Origin: Hemiscyllium ocellatum | Taxonomy: Eukaryota | DNA: 64,000 nt | NCBI RefSeq assembly: GCF_020745735.1 | Contig: NW_026867508.1 | Location: 124,001-188,000, forward strand | Reading direction: 5' to 3' | Position numbers and translations under genes: made by a program | The notes under the pieces: model-generated | What the model saw: the letters and a program-made list of their open reading frames with translations, nothing else | Database searches by the model: none | Told to the model about the DNA's origin: nothing | Part shown: positions 27,371-41,241 of the stretch, one piece after another | Numbering within the stretch: the first letter of the stretch is position 1 | Layout of the letters: the number at the start of each line of letters is the position of its first letter

Positions 27371-29944
27371 CCTCGTAAATGGGACTGTCGAGGTTGCGGT
27401 GAGAAGGAGAAGTTTGACTTGTCTAGGGCAATGGATTCAGGATGCTCACTGCTTTCTGTGATAATTTGCAGAAGCAGTGTTGGTATTGCGAAGGCCGACC
27501 TGCATCACTGTTTGCTCTATTAAAATAACAGGTGTCTTGAATTTCCAGCAAAAACGTTATTTCTGCTCCAAACCACCCTCCTGTGATGATCCACTCCCTA
27601 TTTGTTACCGTCGTGCCTTGTGTGATAAAAATCCTCCTTTTGTAAAGAAACAATCCATGGCCTACCAGAGAAAACATTGATGGTGGGAGAGTGGTACTAA
27701 TTTCTTCTCACCACTTCCGGAAACTGTACCACTCACTGACAGAAAGATACTCGAAATTAAGTAGAGAGATTTTAATGGGGTTTAATGCCGAGGCAAACAG
27801 TGGAGCTCAAGCACAGACAGGTTTGTTTTTTTTCATTGACCCGAAGAGTTTTTTGGTAAAAAATAAAATGCCAGGTTGTTTAATCGGTACTCACGAGGTG
27901 ACCAGCTAGAGAGAGAGCGAGAGAGAGGAAAAACATTAATCTCATCATGCTACTTCCAGCTTCTGGTTGATGGTTCGTACAGAAGCTGGAGGCTGTTGTG
28001 GGAGACGACTGAAATGCAACAGCAGGCTCGAGTTGATTTGCAGGCGGCACTGTTCTTGAGTTAATATGAAAACCCCTTCCCACATTAGTCTGACGTACAA
28101 AGGGTGGCGTTCTGAAGTTATAGTGAGAATACAGACGGCCGGTGTACATGTCCACAGAGGATAAGCTAGGAGGTCAGCCGTGGAGGTTCATTGATGATGT
28201 TCTGTGAGTATGAAATGTTGGTCCAGAGCACTGGATCGCCCACATCTTGGAAGGTCTTAGTTGTTCTTCTTCCAGTACTGCCCCTGAGATATTTACATGC
28301 TCCTGAACTGAGAACATGATTTCCATTCAACCTCTAACCAGAATGTAATCGCCTCAGAATTGTTCAGTTAGGATCAATCCAAACTGATAATCATGTTCAA
28401 GTTTGAGATGGCCTAGAAGCACTGTCAAAATCCTGGAATATAATGCATATACACAATTTCAACTCTTAAATGTTTCGTTTGAACTTACTGGTTTCAAGTC
28501 GGAGTTGGCATCTCCAATTAGCACCACTATTTGATAAATAACATTGTTTAATCTGATTCGGCCATGCTACCAACTACTTTCAATAACCATTCGTGCTCTT
28601 TCAACACACATGAAAAAAATCACGTATCAGTCTGGATCTGACTTTAAAAGCATTCAAATCTCTGGAATACCAGTTCTTGAGAAAATACTCATTGCTATCT
28701 GTGAGATTACAAATGTTCACAATATCTGTCTTATTTGATTGATTTCTCATCATTTAACTTGGATTCTGCTTTCTTGGTTGTCTGACAAGAGGAAACATTC
28801 TTTCAAGAGACACCCTGTTAAAACATTTCAAGGTCTAATCTGTGTCGGTGAAGTGGCTTCAGGATTTTTTTCCTTTCCATTCTGTCTTCACGGGCAAGAC
28901 GGCCTTTGAGGCATCAATTTCCTAAAATTTCTCTGAACGACTGACAATGCACTTGCATCCTTCCGTTAACAATGTCATCAAAATGTTATACCAAACTCGG
29001 GATGTGGTCTCAGTAAGATCCTAACTAATCCAACGATCGCTGCATTAAATTATGTTGATAGTGGAAGAGGAGAAACTGTTCCCACTCGTAAAGATTCATG
29101 AACCAGAGATAGCAGATTTAAAATGTCTTGCAAAATATACAAGTATGAGGACAGAAACATGGGTGTCCGAATTTGGACTTCACTGCTCAGAAGTCTGTTG
29201 CACGGCACTGCTTAAAATTCTGTTGCACTTAGGTATGCCTAAGACATTGAAAAGCGTATTGGGTGACATGAAAGAGAGTCAACGTATAGGATTATGAGAA
29301 AAGGGGAGAAATTGGCACTCAGTCAAATTTTCCACAACGTTGGCTACTCTGAATTGCCCAAAGCGTTCAGGGATATGTTATTTGCTGCTATGTTTTCAGC
29401 AAATATCTTTTATGCTGGATAGATGCATTTTTGTTCATTCATGAAATTTTGCTGATGCTAACAACGTTTATCGACCACCAGTATTTTTTTAATTAAGGAG
29501 ATGGTTTTGCATATTTTATATTACAATATGAAAAATAACTGCAGTTGTCTGCTTCACTAGACCGGACACTAACAAATTTGACACTGGAAAATAAAATTTG
29601 GAAGTGGGAATAATAAGGAAACATCAAAATAAATACCCATGTTCTGTGAAGCATTGTAAGGAAGAAAGGAGTAAAGAACATCTGAGGATGGAATTGCAGA
29701 GCACAGGTTACGAGGTTACTGTAAAAACGATAGTTGATTAAGATCCTTACATCAGAGAGAGTGTAGAACTGGAAGTACGCTGAGATGCAAATCAGGAGAG
29801 AAAAACAAGGACGAATTCCATTCAATCCACAATCCCACAATCTTCCAAACTGCTGACTTGAGGAAACTGAAAGAAATAAAGGTCAAATAAGCTGTTTTCT
29901 CAACGATCCATTATACACTCAGAGCTGTGTAGTAGGATAGTTCA

Positions 29945-30500
29945 GAATACACTTATTATCAGAAAGAGCATATTCCATTGGGGAGGGGATTTTGCAGCTC
30001 ACAGGACTTTGATTTGCATGTGCAATTCGGGTCAGAGCGCTCTAGAAAGGATTTGAAACAGTTGGAGGGGTTGCGGAGGAAATTCACAAGGATGCTGTCT
30101 CGGATGGAATACTTCAGTTTTTCCGAGGTGTTCGGGAAGTTCAGGCTGTTTTCTTTGAAAAAGAGAAGGTTGAGGATAGTCTTTTTCGATGTGTCTGGGA
30201 TTATGATGGGCAGGGAGAGAGCAGATTGAAAACAACTGTTCACGTCAATTGGACAGTCGTGAACATGAGGTTTACAGGCAAGTTGAGGAAAACATTGTTT
30301 AATCCAAAGGGCGACAGAGATATGAAATTCACTTCCAGGAAGGCTAGTTCAGTTGGGTAATCTCACAAATGTAAACCGAAAATGTTTGTATTTAAACCTG
30401 AACAACATTCAAAATATGCACCTCGTGCCACGAAGTGGGAGTTGTACTCATTTAGTATATTTTACGACATATACATTAGATGGGCTGAAGGGCCTCATTG
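29945..30500 (+). mobile_element. Decayed CR1 3' fragment
   Basis: LEGLRRKFTRML...LFSLKKRRLR in ORF 29978-30229, followed by 3' UTR-like sequence. Confidence 0.78.
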
Positions 30501-33179
30501 AACTTCTATGATGTTATGAAGCATGACATCAAGAAACAAATAAAGATACTGGATGTTGCAAGACATTTGGTTACAGGAATATTCAGATGGTAGCAGCGAC
30601 AAATCTGAAAGATCAGCTTCATGAGGAACAATGTTCCAACGCAACCACAACACCTGGTCTGATTTATCAGATAACGGGTAAAAACCTCTGATTCGTCCAC
30701 CACACAAAAAAACACATTCAATGTAACAAGTTAACACCACCTCTGTCCAACACATCATCAGCGAAGTAATAGAAGAGATTGTTTGCAATGCAGTAAACTA
30801 TTACCGGCAATGTAATATAAAGACTCTCCACGGTTCATCTTGGAGATAGTGCACACCACTGTATTTGTACATTGGCATTCCATACCTCATAATATTTGAA
30901 ATCAGATGTTCGCTGATGATTGCATAATGTTCTACACTATTCACAACTACTCAGGTGCAGAAGCAATGTAGCAAGACCTGAACAATATTCAGACATTTGC
31001 TGGAAAGTGCTCACTGATATTTATGTCGCACAAGTGCACACAATGATCATTTTGAAGAGGAGAAAATATAAACATAACAATCAATCTACAAGCTTTACCA
31101 ATTACAAAATCCCCATATCTAATCCTGGAAAATAATATTGACTAGGTGCATAATTTGACTTGAATAATATGGCCAGGGAGCACATCTCAAGCTCGAAATT
31201 CTTTGAAGGATAATGCATCACCTTTTCACGCCCAGGGCAGCTTGAGTCAGGAATCGAATAAAACACGATCCAATTGTCTACACACGTTTGGCTCCAGGTA
31301 TACTTCAGAAGACAATTACAGTCCAAGCGAAAGAAGACGGTTTCGCCCGCGTCGCATCTGCCATCATCAATATTAGAGCCCCTTGCCACTGATGTACAAA
31401 TGCAGTGGGGTGCACAATCTCCTAAATGAACTGTGGAAAGTCTTTATATTTCCCCCACCAGGAGTTTCCGATCCAGCAAACTCTACTACCTACGACTGCA
31501 AAGGTTGCAGATGTTTGGAAATTTCACCACATACAAATTCCTCTTCACGTTACACATCATCCAGACATAAAACTACGTCATGCACCTCCGCCGACAAACG
31601 TTCAGAAACTATTGTGCTTCCCTCAGCCATCTCTCAGAACAGAATTTGTCGGAACATCGCTCCTCGGGAAAACATGACAGAGAGGGTGCAGCAATCTCAC
31701 GTATTTCTGGAAATGGGAGAGAATCATTCCTGCGGTTGCCACCATTTCCCAACAACACGCTGAATTTGAATCCAAATCAAAGAGAAATGTCTCGAGAAAA
31801 TTGCAATTGGAGAAAGAGCAGAGGATTGGGAGACAAGAGGGAAGCAGCACAAGTTTTCACATTTTCCGAAGAGACAACTAATAGAATACATAACAGAAAG
31901 ATAGTGCAGCTGGTGTATTTGTATTTTAAGGAAGCTTAAGATATAAAGACACCTAAGCTATTCGCATTCAGGATTAAAATATAAGATTGGTGATAATATA
32001 CTGGCAAGGTTTGAGAATTGGTTGCAGACAAGAAACAACTTGTGCTTGGAATGGAAAGCTGTGATGAGTCAGTTGTCACAGGGGTAAGCACTTGATCGCG
32101 ATTACCCTTCATTTTTAAAGGACACACTGATCTGGACTGACTATTCATAATCAATCCCTGCCTTTCTAAGTGCAGTATTATCTTACTTCTCAGAATCTTA
32201 CAAAGCACAGAAGGTACAATAAAATTCAATTTGTCGGCTGACAATATGTTGCACGATATTCGGCATAAACCAATTACAATATGCTTAACACATTTATCTC
32301 CACGTGATGGTAATCAAACCAGGCTGTTTTTGATTCCAGCCAATTCACATTTCGCAGCTGCTCTGCACTGTGCATATGGAATTGTTGTTTTATTGGTCGG
32401 CTGCATCAGTGTGCGGGCTTCCGGGCTCACATTTCGTGGTGCTTTCTGTTCAAAAGCTTCAAGATAACTAAAGCAATCAGTTTCATTCCTTTGGGTAAGT
32501 TAAAAGAGGTTATGACCTGCAGTTCCAGACACTTGTAATCATCCTCCATTTATCTTCAGGAAATAGCTCACAATTTCGTGGGGATACTGGATGTCTCAGT
32601 CTAGGATTCTGTCGGTGTATGTTGTCAGGTGATAACAGCGCAATTAAAAAAACTCGGCGTTCCTGACAATTGATTCAGATGGATTTTATGGCAGTGAATC
32701 ATTGCCACGCGTTACTGTGTCACAAAAACAAAATGTCTCATTTTTCAAGGAATAAAAGCACACTCCTGAATGCACACATGCGATTAAAAAGTAAACAACT
32801 CATCAGTGTGAAAGTCCAGTATTATTAGCGGGGAATGCAGATTTAGTATTACGTTTATGTTTTGAAATGAAATGTCAAGATATTTGAAATGTGTTGGCCT
32901 CCTAGTCTATATTAAAGTGTAACCAGGATCAGGCGTCACTTATACAGACGATGAAGGCAATTCATAAATACAGAACTCATTCCTCTGTTAGCAGATAACA
33001 GCTTCACAGTAAGCAGTGAAATCTGTAGATATTAACTTCCTCTGTTTTTTTTTGTTTTTCTCTGTGTTGGTAGTGTCCCATTGCCTCTGAATCTTTGCAC
33101 CAATCTCTGCTTCAACGCGATGAAACCACGCCTGATTGAAACAGAAACTCTCTCTGCAATATAATACATGGTAAGGAAT

Positions 33180-33370
33180 ATTGCAAAAATAATGCAATAC
33201 CATTATGCCCATTAGAGAAGGAAACTGTTATCATCACCTGGTCAGGATGAAATATAGTTCCCGACCCACAGCAATGTGATTGATTCTGAACTGCTCTTCT
33301 GGCTGTTAGGGACACATAAGAAATGCTGGCATTGCCAGTGACGCCCACATCCTTTTAATGAATAAAAAAA
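33180..33370 (+). mobile_element. 3' part of a Deu-type shark SINE
   Basis: GAAGGAAAC...CACCTGGTC...CCCACAGCAATGTG.TTGA.TCTGAACTGC...AAATGCTGGC...GTGACGCCCACATCC...ATGAATAAAAAAA, matching the body and tail expected for the family at 5537-5845. Confidence 0.65.
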
Positions 33371-33614
33371 ACAATCTTAGGAATGACTGTAGAATTTAAT
33401 GGAGTGGACAAATGCAATCATAATCCCAAACTGACCAAAAAGCAACATGAATGCAATTGCTGAATTTTCACTTTGATTCCAGGCTGAAAGTGAAACAAAA
33501 ATGTGTTTGCATTTGGGTATATTCAATAAAACCAGAAGTCAGATTCAGTCAATTCACAACGACGCATGGTATTGCAGTGAAACTATGACTCATAACATGT
33601 CTGCATGAAGCCCT

Positions 33615-33790
33615 CAATCAGAGAGAGAGGAAAAAAGTCTTAGGATGGGGGGAGAGAGAGAAAGAGAGAGAGTGAAAGAGACGAAGACGGGACAGGAAAA
33701 AAGAGACAGGTAGAGAGAGACAGCGATTGAGTGACAAAGACAGATCGTGAGTGACAGAAAGTCTGTGTGCGTGGGAGGGGAGACAGAGAG
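33615..33790. repeat. Degenerate (GA)n/(GACA)n purine-rich microsatellite
   Basis: A run of GAGAGA/GACAGA motifs is directly visible. Confidence 0.8.
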
Positions 33791-34111
33791 ATGGAAACAG
33801 TTAATGCTTAATCCCATTGTGGCTTAAACAGGCGAAGACAGATAATCGAGTAAAATTGAAGGGCTTATGCTCGAAACGTCGAATTCTCTATTCCTGAGAT
33901 GCTGCCTGGCCTGCTGTGCTTTGACCAGCAACACATTTGCAGAGAAGACAGATAATCCCTGAGTGCAACATTATACGAAGTCTGGTGTCGAAATCTCATA
34001 ATAATCCGTTTGTGAGAATACCCCGCATTGGCCTCTTGCCATGCCAGAGGAAAATAAAATGATCTCCAACAATATTTCTGAGAGTCCTTTGCTTGGACAC
34101 CGAGTCCTGGT

Positions 34112-34617
34112 CTGAAAACCAGAGCCTGTTGGGTCTGCCTCCTGTCCCTCTTCATTGGCATGAAAATGAAGGCAACAAAGCTCTTTTACACTTCGAGCTC
34201 TGATGTTTCTAGCAAAGAGTATATTTAGTTTGCTAATAAGACGTCTTTTTTAACTATCACTCAATATTGAGTTGTGTTTGAGTTATGTTACTTCTGTTAC
34301 AGCCGTTCAGTTTGAGAATCAGAGCTCACAGGTTGACGATGTTCTTTCTCTGGAAGGGGAATCTGTGGATCTGGACAAGAGGTTCTCCACTGGTGCTGAT
34401 GAAAATGTAGACTGGTGAAAAAAACAAACATTAACAGTACTTCTGAAATTTAACGGATGCATACATCAGGGGAATGTGAACATCGCACACCACATACCTT
34501 CGTTTGATACAGCAGAGTAGTTCAAAACTATTTTTATATGTGACAAAATGGTCGAGATGCTGCAGTGTATTACTGTGCCACAGTGAGAGAAACAATGGAT
34601 CTGGCCACACAGTTTGT
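34112..34617 (+). pseudogene. TCR-like V pseudogene (leader 34112-34157, V exon 34303-34578, RSS 34579-34617)
   Basis: A 46-nt leader-like exon (CTG)KTRACWVCLLSLFI has a lost start codon and a GC donor. The V exon reads ..SLEGESVDLD..FSTG..VDW*...DAAVYYCA with stops and a frameshift. It is followed by CACAGTG, a 23-nt spacer and a degenerate nonamer ACAGTTTGT. Confidence 0.78.
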
Positions 34618-34813
34618 TACAATGTGTTATCTGTCTGCTTTCTGTTAAACGCTCCCCCGTTGCAAGACTTTTAGAAAAGAACAGTGATTTCAGAAGTCAT
34701 AAATTTCAATAATTAAATGTCGCAGAACTTTAATTCACGAAATCGCAGGACGATGATAAATTGTAGACAATCACATTAAATCAAAAGGTTGTGCGTGTGG
34801 AGTACTAAAACCA

Positions 34814-35328
34814 NNNNNNNNNNNNNNNNNNNNNNNNNNNNNNNNNNNNNNNNNNNNNNNNNNNNNNNNNNNNNNNNNNNNNNNNNNNNNNNNNNNNNNN
34901 NNNNNNNNNNNNNNNNNNNNNNNNNNNNNNNNNNNNNNNNNNNNNNNNNNNNNNNNNNNNNNNNNNNNNNNNNNNNNNNNNNNNNNNNNNNNNNNNNNNN
35001 NNNNNNNNNNNNNNNNNNNNNNNNNNNNNNNNNNNNNNNNNNNNNNNNNNNNNNNNNNNNNNNNNNNNNNNNNNNNNNNNNNNNNNNNNNNNNNNNNNNN
35101 NNNNNNNNNNNNNNNNNNNNNNNNNNNNNNNNNNNNNNNNNNNNNNNNNNNNNNNNNNNNNNNNNNNNNNNNNNNNNNNNNNNNNNNNNNNNNNNNNNNN
35201 NNNNNNNNNNNNNNNNNNNNNNNNNNNNNNNNNNNNNNNNNNNNNNNNNNNNNNNNNNNNNNNNNNNNNNNNNNNNNNNNNNNNNNNNNNNNNNNNNNNN
35301 NNNNNNNNNNNNNNNNNNNNNNNNNNNN
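34814..35328. other. Assembly gap (515 N)
   Basis: Run of N. The two poly-X ORFs in the track are artefacts of it. Confidence 0.99.
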
Positions 35329-37064
35329 TGCGGAAACATCTTATTTATGCATTGTTATTATTATCTTTCTTGATTATTGACTGTCTTGAGAATTGATCCT
35401 GTTTTTGAGCTAATTCCTCTCATGCAGACACACTTCTGATATCAGTTCAACGGGTATTTGTTGGACAGGCACTTTTCCTTCAAGACAAGGCTGCATCTGC
35501 GTTGATTGACTTTGCATTCTGCTGCAGACTTTTTTTTTCGTTAATACCCACATGCCTTACTTCCACGTTCAATTAATGAACTCGATCAATAACGATATTG
35601 CCCGTCTGCACATCGCTTCCAGGACTTTGAAATATGAACTATAGAGGCAGCCTGGGGCTCCAACTGTAACAACTTTAGAAGTGCCAGAATCACATGTTTT
35701 CCAGTTGTAGCTCAGTGTGACATTCTTTACATCATCATTTTGTTGATGTTTCGCTGGATCATGTTGACTCCATTCGAACAAATGAAAAGTAGGTTTTACA
35801 ATGACAAGAGATATGATCACCAGCATTTCTGGCATTCAATTAAGAATGATATTTGGATTCAAATAGCCAGCTTTATCTAAGAAGATATTTACTGAGAATG
35901 GGTGCAATGACGTGGACTGGTATGAGTCATTTCCACATCTTGATTTTTCACTTGGTACTCTGCGGTGCAGGCAATTCTTTGTGAGACCAGAAATACCGAT
36001 CCCTGCCCCACTGCTTTGCTGATCCAATAAATGATAAGAATGGCACGGCGGCAGCAATTTCTCCAATAACACCGAAAGAACTGTGGATGTTGAAATCCGA
36101 GACTAAACCTTAATTTGCTGGATAAGCTCCGCAGGTCTGACAGCATCGGTGGAGCAAATTCAGAGTAAACACTCGGGTCTCAAGAAGGATCACTCCCAAA
36201 ACATTAACTCTATATCCTATCCATAAAGCATGGCAGACCTGCTAAGCCTCCCATGCAATTTTCGTTTTCTTCTCCAAGAACACTTGCAGCTGCAATCGGA
36301 ACTGGCAGAGTGTGAAAAATGGCAATGCCGTCTTCGGCCTGTGACTCGCTCTTAAAACATGAAAGCCATGACGTACCATGTTTCAATACGATACATCACC
36401 ATTTGTAGCTCCAGAGTGGACATACTTTATCCAGATTCTAGTTTAAGTGGGGTCATAAGATTTCCAAATACCTGCTCCACTTCTACCATCCTGGTTTGGA
36501 GACTGGCTGATGGTTCAGCTGGGGCAGAGACTCAGCTAAATAATATTCTGTCGATCTGCTGCTTAACACATGGATATTATCACTATTTAGTCTTCTAACT
36601 CGACGAAACGTTAAGGCATTCCTGTTAGTTTAAATAGGATTTGAAAAATTTTGTTTGATATCTTTCTTATCTAAAACAAAAATAATGGAATAAGTTTTCG
36701 CAGATCAGCATGAAACAATGCAGATTGAAATGGCGGGTGGTGGAGTCATTGTAATTTTCTTGCACCAGCAAAGCCAGAATCTTACGATAACTTTCTGTCA
36801 ACAGACCGGGTTGGGAAATTTCATTTCAGTTGGCAAATTTGCAAGGCACTCAGTTCGAGGGTAATTACGAAATAACAACAAATGCTCCCTTTCCCAGTCA
36901 AACTCTCGCCTCATGAAGGAATTCAGTAGATTAAATCTCAGACATTGAAAGTTTACAAATACCATTAATGATCAGAAGATGTAACTCATACAATTTTAAA
37001 CTTCTGTTTGAGCTGCAGACTGTATTTTAAAGTAAATGAATTTCATTGTTAATGGCACTATGTT

Positions 37065-38395
37065 CAAACAGATATCTGTGGAAAATGTTGAAAGACATAC
37101 TTGGAAAGGCAAGGACTGATGAGCGATAGTGAACATGGCTTTGTGCATGGGAAATCATGTCTCACAAACTTGACTGAGTTTAGGAAAAAGCGACAAAGAG
37201 GATTGATTAAGGCAAAACAGTGGACGTGATCTATATGGACTTCAGTAAGGCATTCGACAAGGCTCTCCATGGAAGACTGATTAGCGAAGTCAGATCTCAT
37301 GGAACACAGGGAGAACTAGCCATTTGGACACAGAACTGGCTCAAAGGTAGAAGACAGAGGGTGGTGGGTGGAGCGTTGTTTTTCAGACTGGAGGCCTGTG
37401 ACCAGTAGAGTGCTGCAAGGGTCGGTGCTGGCTCCACTACATTTCAACATTTATATCAATGATTTGGATGTGAGCATAAGGAAAATAATTAGTAAGTTTG
37501 CAGATGACACCAAAATTGTGGGTGTAGTAGACAGCGAAGAAGTATATCTCAAACTGCAATGGGAATCTTGATCAGATAGGCCAATGGGCTGAGAAGTGGT
37601 AGATGGAGTTTAATTCAGATAAATGCGAGGTGCTGCATTTCGTAAAAGCTAATCTTAACAGGACTTATACACTTAATGGTAAGGTACCAGGGAGTGTTGC
37701 TGAACAAAGAGACCTTGGAACGCAGGTTCATATCTCCCTGAAAATAGAGTCGCAATAGATAGGATTGTGAAGAATGCATTTGGTATGCTTTCCTCTATTA
37801 GTCAGAGTACTGAGTACAGGAGCTGGGATGTCATGTTGCGGCTGTACAGGACATTGGTTCGGCAACTGTTGGGAATATGGTACAAATCTGGTGTCCTTCC
37901 TATCAGAAAGATGTTGTGAAACTTGAAAGGGTTCAGAAAAGACATGGAAGAGTTTTGCAGGGATGGAGGATTTGTTTCTACAGGGAGAAGCTGAACAGGC
38001 TGGAGCTGTTTTACCTGGAGTGTTGGAGGCTGAGAAATGACATTCTTCGAGGTTTACAAATTCATGAGGGGCATGGATAGGATAAATAGACAAAGTATTT
38101 TCCCTGGAGTGGGGGAATTCAGAGCTAGAGGGCAGAGATTAGGGTGAGGGGGGAAAGATACAAAACAGACTGAAGGGGAAACGTTTTCATGCAGAGGGTG
38201 ATACTTGTATGGAATGAGCTGGCAGAGGAACTGGCAGAGGAGGATGGTACAATTGCAACATTTAAAAGGCAAATCGGAGGGGTTTAGAGGGATATGATTC
38301 AGGTGTTGGCAGGTGGGACTAGATTGGGTTAGGGTATCTAGTCGGCATGGACGAGTCGGTCTGAAATGTTAGAATCCGTGCTGTGCATCTCTCTT
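37065..38395 (+). mobile_element. 5'-truncated CR1 LINE (RT to 3' UTR)
   Basis: VDVIYMDFSKAFDKALHGRL, QGSVLAPL, SKFADDTKI and QIWCPSYQKDVVKLERVQKR, with frameshifts. Confidence 0.92.
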
Positions 38396-40004
38396 TCTAC
38401 GACTCTATACATTTCACTGAAAGAAGAAATTCTTCCTTATCTCTCTCCGAAATTGGCAACCCATTATTCTGAGACTATATGCCCTTGTCTTAAGTCTGTA
38501 ATGAGTGGAACTTTCTCTCAGTATTTACCCGATCAACTGTATGGTTGAAGTATTGATCCCTGTTTAACCCCACTTGGCATTGTTTGGCAGATTGAATAAA
38601 AGGAACTTCGTTTCCCCATAGTTGCATCGTGCTCATGAGACAACTATGTATTTATGAAAAGGTGGTATCGACAAAAACATTGGTTCTTAGATTCTGACTT
38701 AGACTTTTATGAAGTACCATGAGATACCTGTTCTGGAAATCCAAAACGACGAGTCTACTGATTCCCCTCTATCGACTTCAATTTACCTTCCTTAAAAAAA
38801 TTAAAAGATTCATTCATTAAATTTCCCTTTCAAGAAGCGATGCTGAATCTGTTGTATTAGATTGTAATTTTCCAAATGAGCCGCTGTTTCTTACCAATCG
38901 ATTTCTATACTTGCACAAAGTCGATGTGAGGCCAATCGCCCTGTAATTAGAGGTTTTGATTTTTGTCTCCCTCGCCTTTTGAGTGAGGATGTCATATTGA
39001 TCGTTTTCCAATTATCTGGGATATGCCCAGAGACAGCCTTGGGAGTCTTCTGAAAGAGTCTGCCTCATTACCCTTTTTGCATCAACAACATGGCACTCAA
39101 AGGATCGCTTTGAAACTTAAGCAAAGGGTCTTTAGCCTAAAAATTGATTAGAAAGCACAATCTCGTATCTATTGAGGTACTTTAACCAAATAGGCCACAA
39201 CGTCGCCAGGCAGACTGGCCCCATCCATGCATGTATAAATTTCCTCGATCACAGTCACTCTGCTTTTCTATATCAAAACTTCTCAGTGAGAATTTCAATC
39301 CCTTCCCATTCTTGCAAACGTGAAGAGTCACACCTGAAGAGTTTCTATTAAAAACGCACAGGAAAGTACAATCTCCTGTAATACTCTTTAAAATTGCAAG
39401 TTTCATCTGTTAAAAAACGAGAAAACGGAAAAGTATTCGGCTTGATGCTGTTTGCTTTTGGGTAAACGCGTAAATGTGCCTTCGAATACAAGTCACAGTT
39501 GCCTCTGTACATAAATTCAATCGCAATGAAGACAATTACTTCGCAATGTCAATTAAAGATCTGCAAAGCTAGTGATCTGAAATCAAAGTATCAATTTCTG
39601 GATAAACTCTGCATGTCTGGAAATATCTGGGGAAGAAGAGTGAACGTTTGGGCTCAAGAGGTCTTTCGTCATGGCAAAACATCAGACTTGAAACGTTAAC
39701 TCTACTTTCCTTCAGCAATATTAGTGATATCTCTTGATCATAAACGAGGAAAATGCAGTTAATGTAATTGCTACGTTCACTGGTTCCATTTTAGCTGAGG
39801 ATATTTAAAGAAGAAATTGCTCGCCTTCAAGCAGACATATTCTGCTTTGCAGCAGTCACTTGTCGAGAGTCTGCACTCTCTCAATTACAGTAGCTGCTTC
39901 CACAAGATGCAGCATCAATTGAAGCATAGTGAAATGCTTCTTAAGATATAGAATAAACGGTATAATGAACAATCGCGCTGTAACGAACTCCAACAAATGA
40001 TTTT

Positions 40005-41210
40005 AGAGTCATAGAGTCGTATTGATGTACAGCATGGAAACGGACCCTTCGGTTAACCCGTCCATGCGACCAGATATCCCAACAAAATCTCGTCCCACTT
40101 GCCAGCACCCGGTCAATATCCCTCCAAACCCTTCCTATTCATATACCCATTCAAATGCCTCTTAAATGTTGCAATTGTACCAACCTCCACCACATCTTCT
40201 GGCAGCTCATTCCATACATATACCACCCTCTGTGTGAAAAAGTTGCCCCATACGTCTCTTTTATAACTTTCCCCTCTCACACTAAACTTATGCCCTCTAG
40301 TTCTGCACTCCCCGATCCCAGGGAAAATACTTTGCCTATTTACCCTATCCATGCCCCTCATAATTTTGTAAACATCTATAAGGTCACCCCTCAGCCTCCA
40401 ATGCTCCAGGGAAAAGAGCCACAGCCTGTTCAGCCTCTCCCTCTAGCTCAGCCCTCCAACTCTGGCAACAGACTTGTAAATATTTTCTGAACCATATCAA
40501 GTTTCACAACATCTTACTGATAGGAAGGAGACCAGAATTTCATGCAGTATTCCAGCAGTGGCCTAACCAATGTCCTGTACAGCCACAACATGACCACCCA
40601 ACTCCTGCACTCAATACTCTGACCAATAAAGGAAAGCATATCAAACACCTTCTTCACTATCCTACCTACCTGTGACTCCACTTTCAAGGAGTTATGAACC
40701 TGCACTCCAAGGTCTCTTTGTTCAGCAACACTCCCTGGGACCTTGCCATTAAGTGTATAAGTCCTGCTAAGGTTTGCTTTACCAAAATGCAGCACTTGGC
40801 ATTTATTGGAATTAAACTCCATCTGCCACTTCTCAACCCATTGGCTCATCTGTTCCAGATCGAGTTTACATTTCCAATTTTGGTGTCATCTGCAAACGTA
40901 CTAACTGTACCTCTTTTGCTCGCATCCAAATCATTTATGTAAATAGCAAAAAGTACAGGACCCAGCACCGATCCTTGTGGCACTCCACTGGTCACAGGCC
41001 TCTAGTCTGAAAAACAACCCTCCACCACCACCCTTTGTCTTCAACCTTTGAGGCAGTTCTGTATCCAAATGACTAGTTCCCCCTATATTCGATAAGATCT
41101 AACCTTGCTAACCTGTCTCCCATGGGGAACTTTGTCGAACGCCTTACTGAAGTTCATATGGATCACATCTACTGCTCTACCCTCATCAATCCTCTTTGTT
41201 ACTTCTTCAA
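40005..41210 (-). mobile_element. 5'-truncated CR1 LINE of the same subfamily as 37065-38395, in the opposite orientation
   Basis: ORFs 40113-40361 and 40514-40849 encode RT C-terminal motifs (WQMEFNSNKCQVLHFG, RPLLEYC, FFTQRVVYVWNELP). Confidence 0.92.
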
Positions 41211-41241
41211 AATTAAACAAGCGCTAGAACAAGGCAAGCTG

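Noticed and set aside
31100-31800. Non-repetitive, coding-looking stretch with weak resemblances to a TGF-beta C-terminus (ELWKVFIFPP...HSCGC) or a cadherin repeat (TITVQAKEDG)
   Set aside because: Cysteine spacing does not fit, the two resemblances are in different frames and conflict, and there are no convincing splice sites. It remains unexplained and needs a tblastx search.
32339-32386. Minus-strand CACAGTG with the nonamer-like TCAAAAACA
   Set aside because: The spacer is 32 nt, neither 12 nor 23, and no V, D or J coding sequence is adjacent.
32988-33348. Hydrophobic minus-strand ORFs suggesting a membrane-protein exon
   Set aside because: They largely overlap a + strand SINE remnant, so they are best explained as antisense repeat translation.
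34776-35373. Long ORFs of 187 and 194 aa in the track
   Set aside because: Artefacts of translating the N gap.
39180-39410. ORF after a good acceptor reading GDCTFLCVF...KNGKGLKF, vaguely Ig-like
   Set aside because: No conserved Trp, no D-x-A-x-Y-x-C motif and no RSS.
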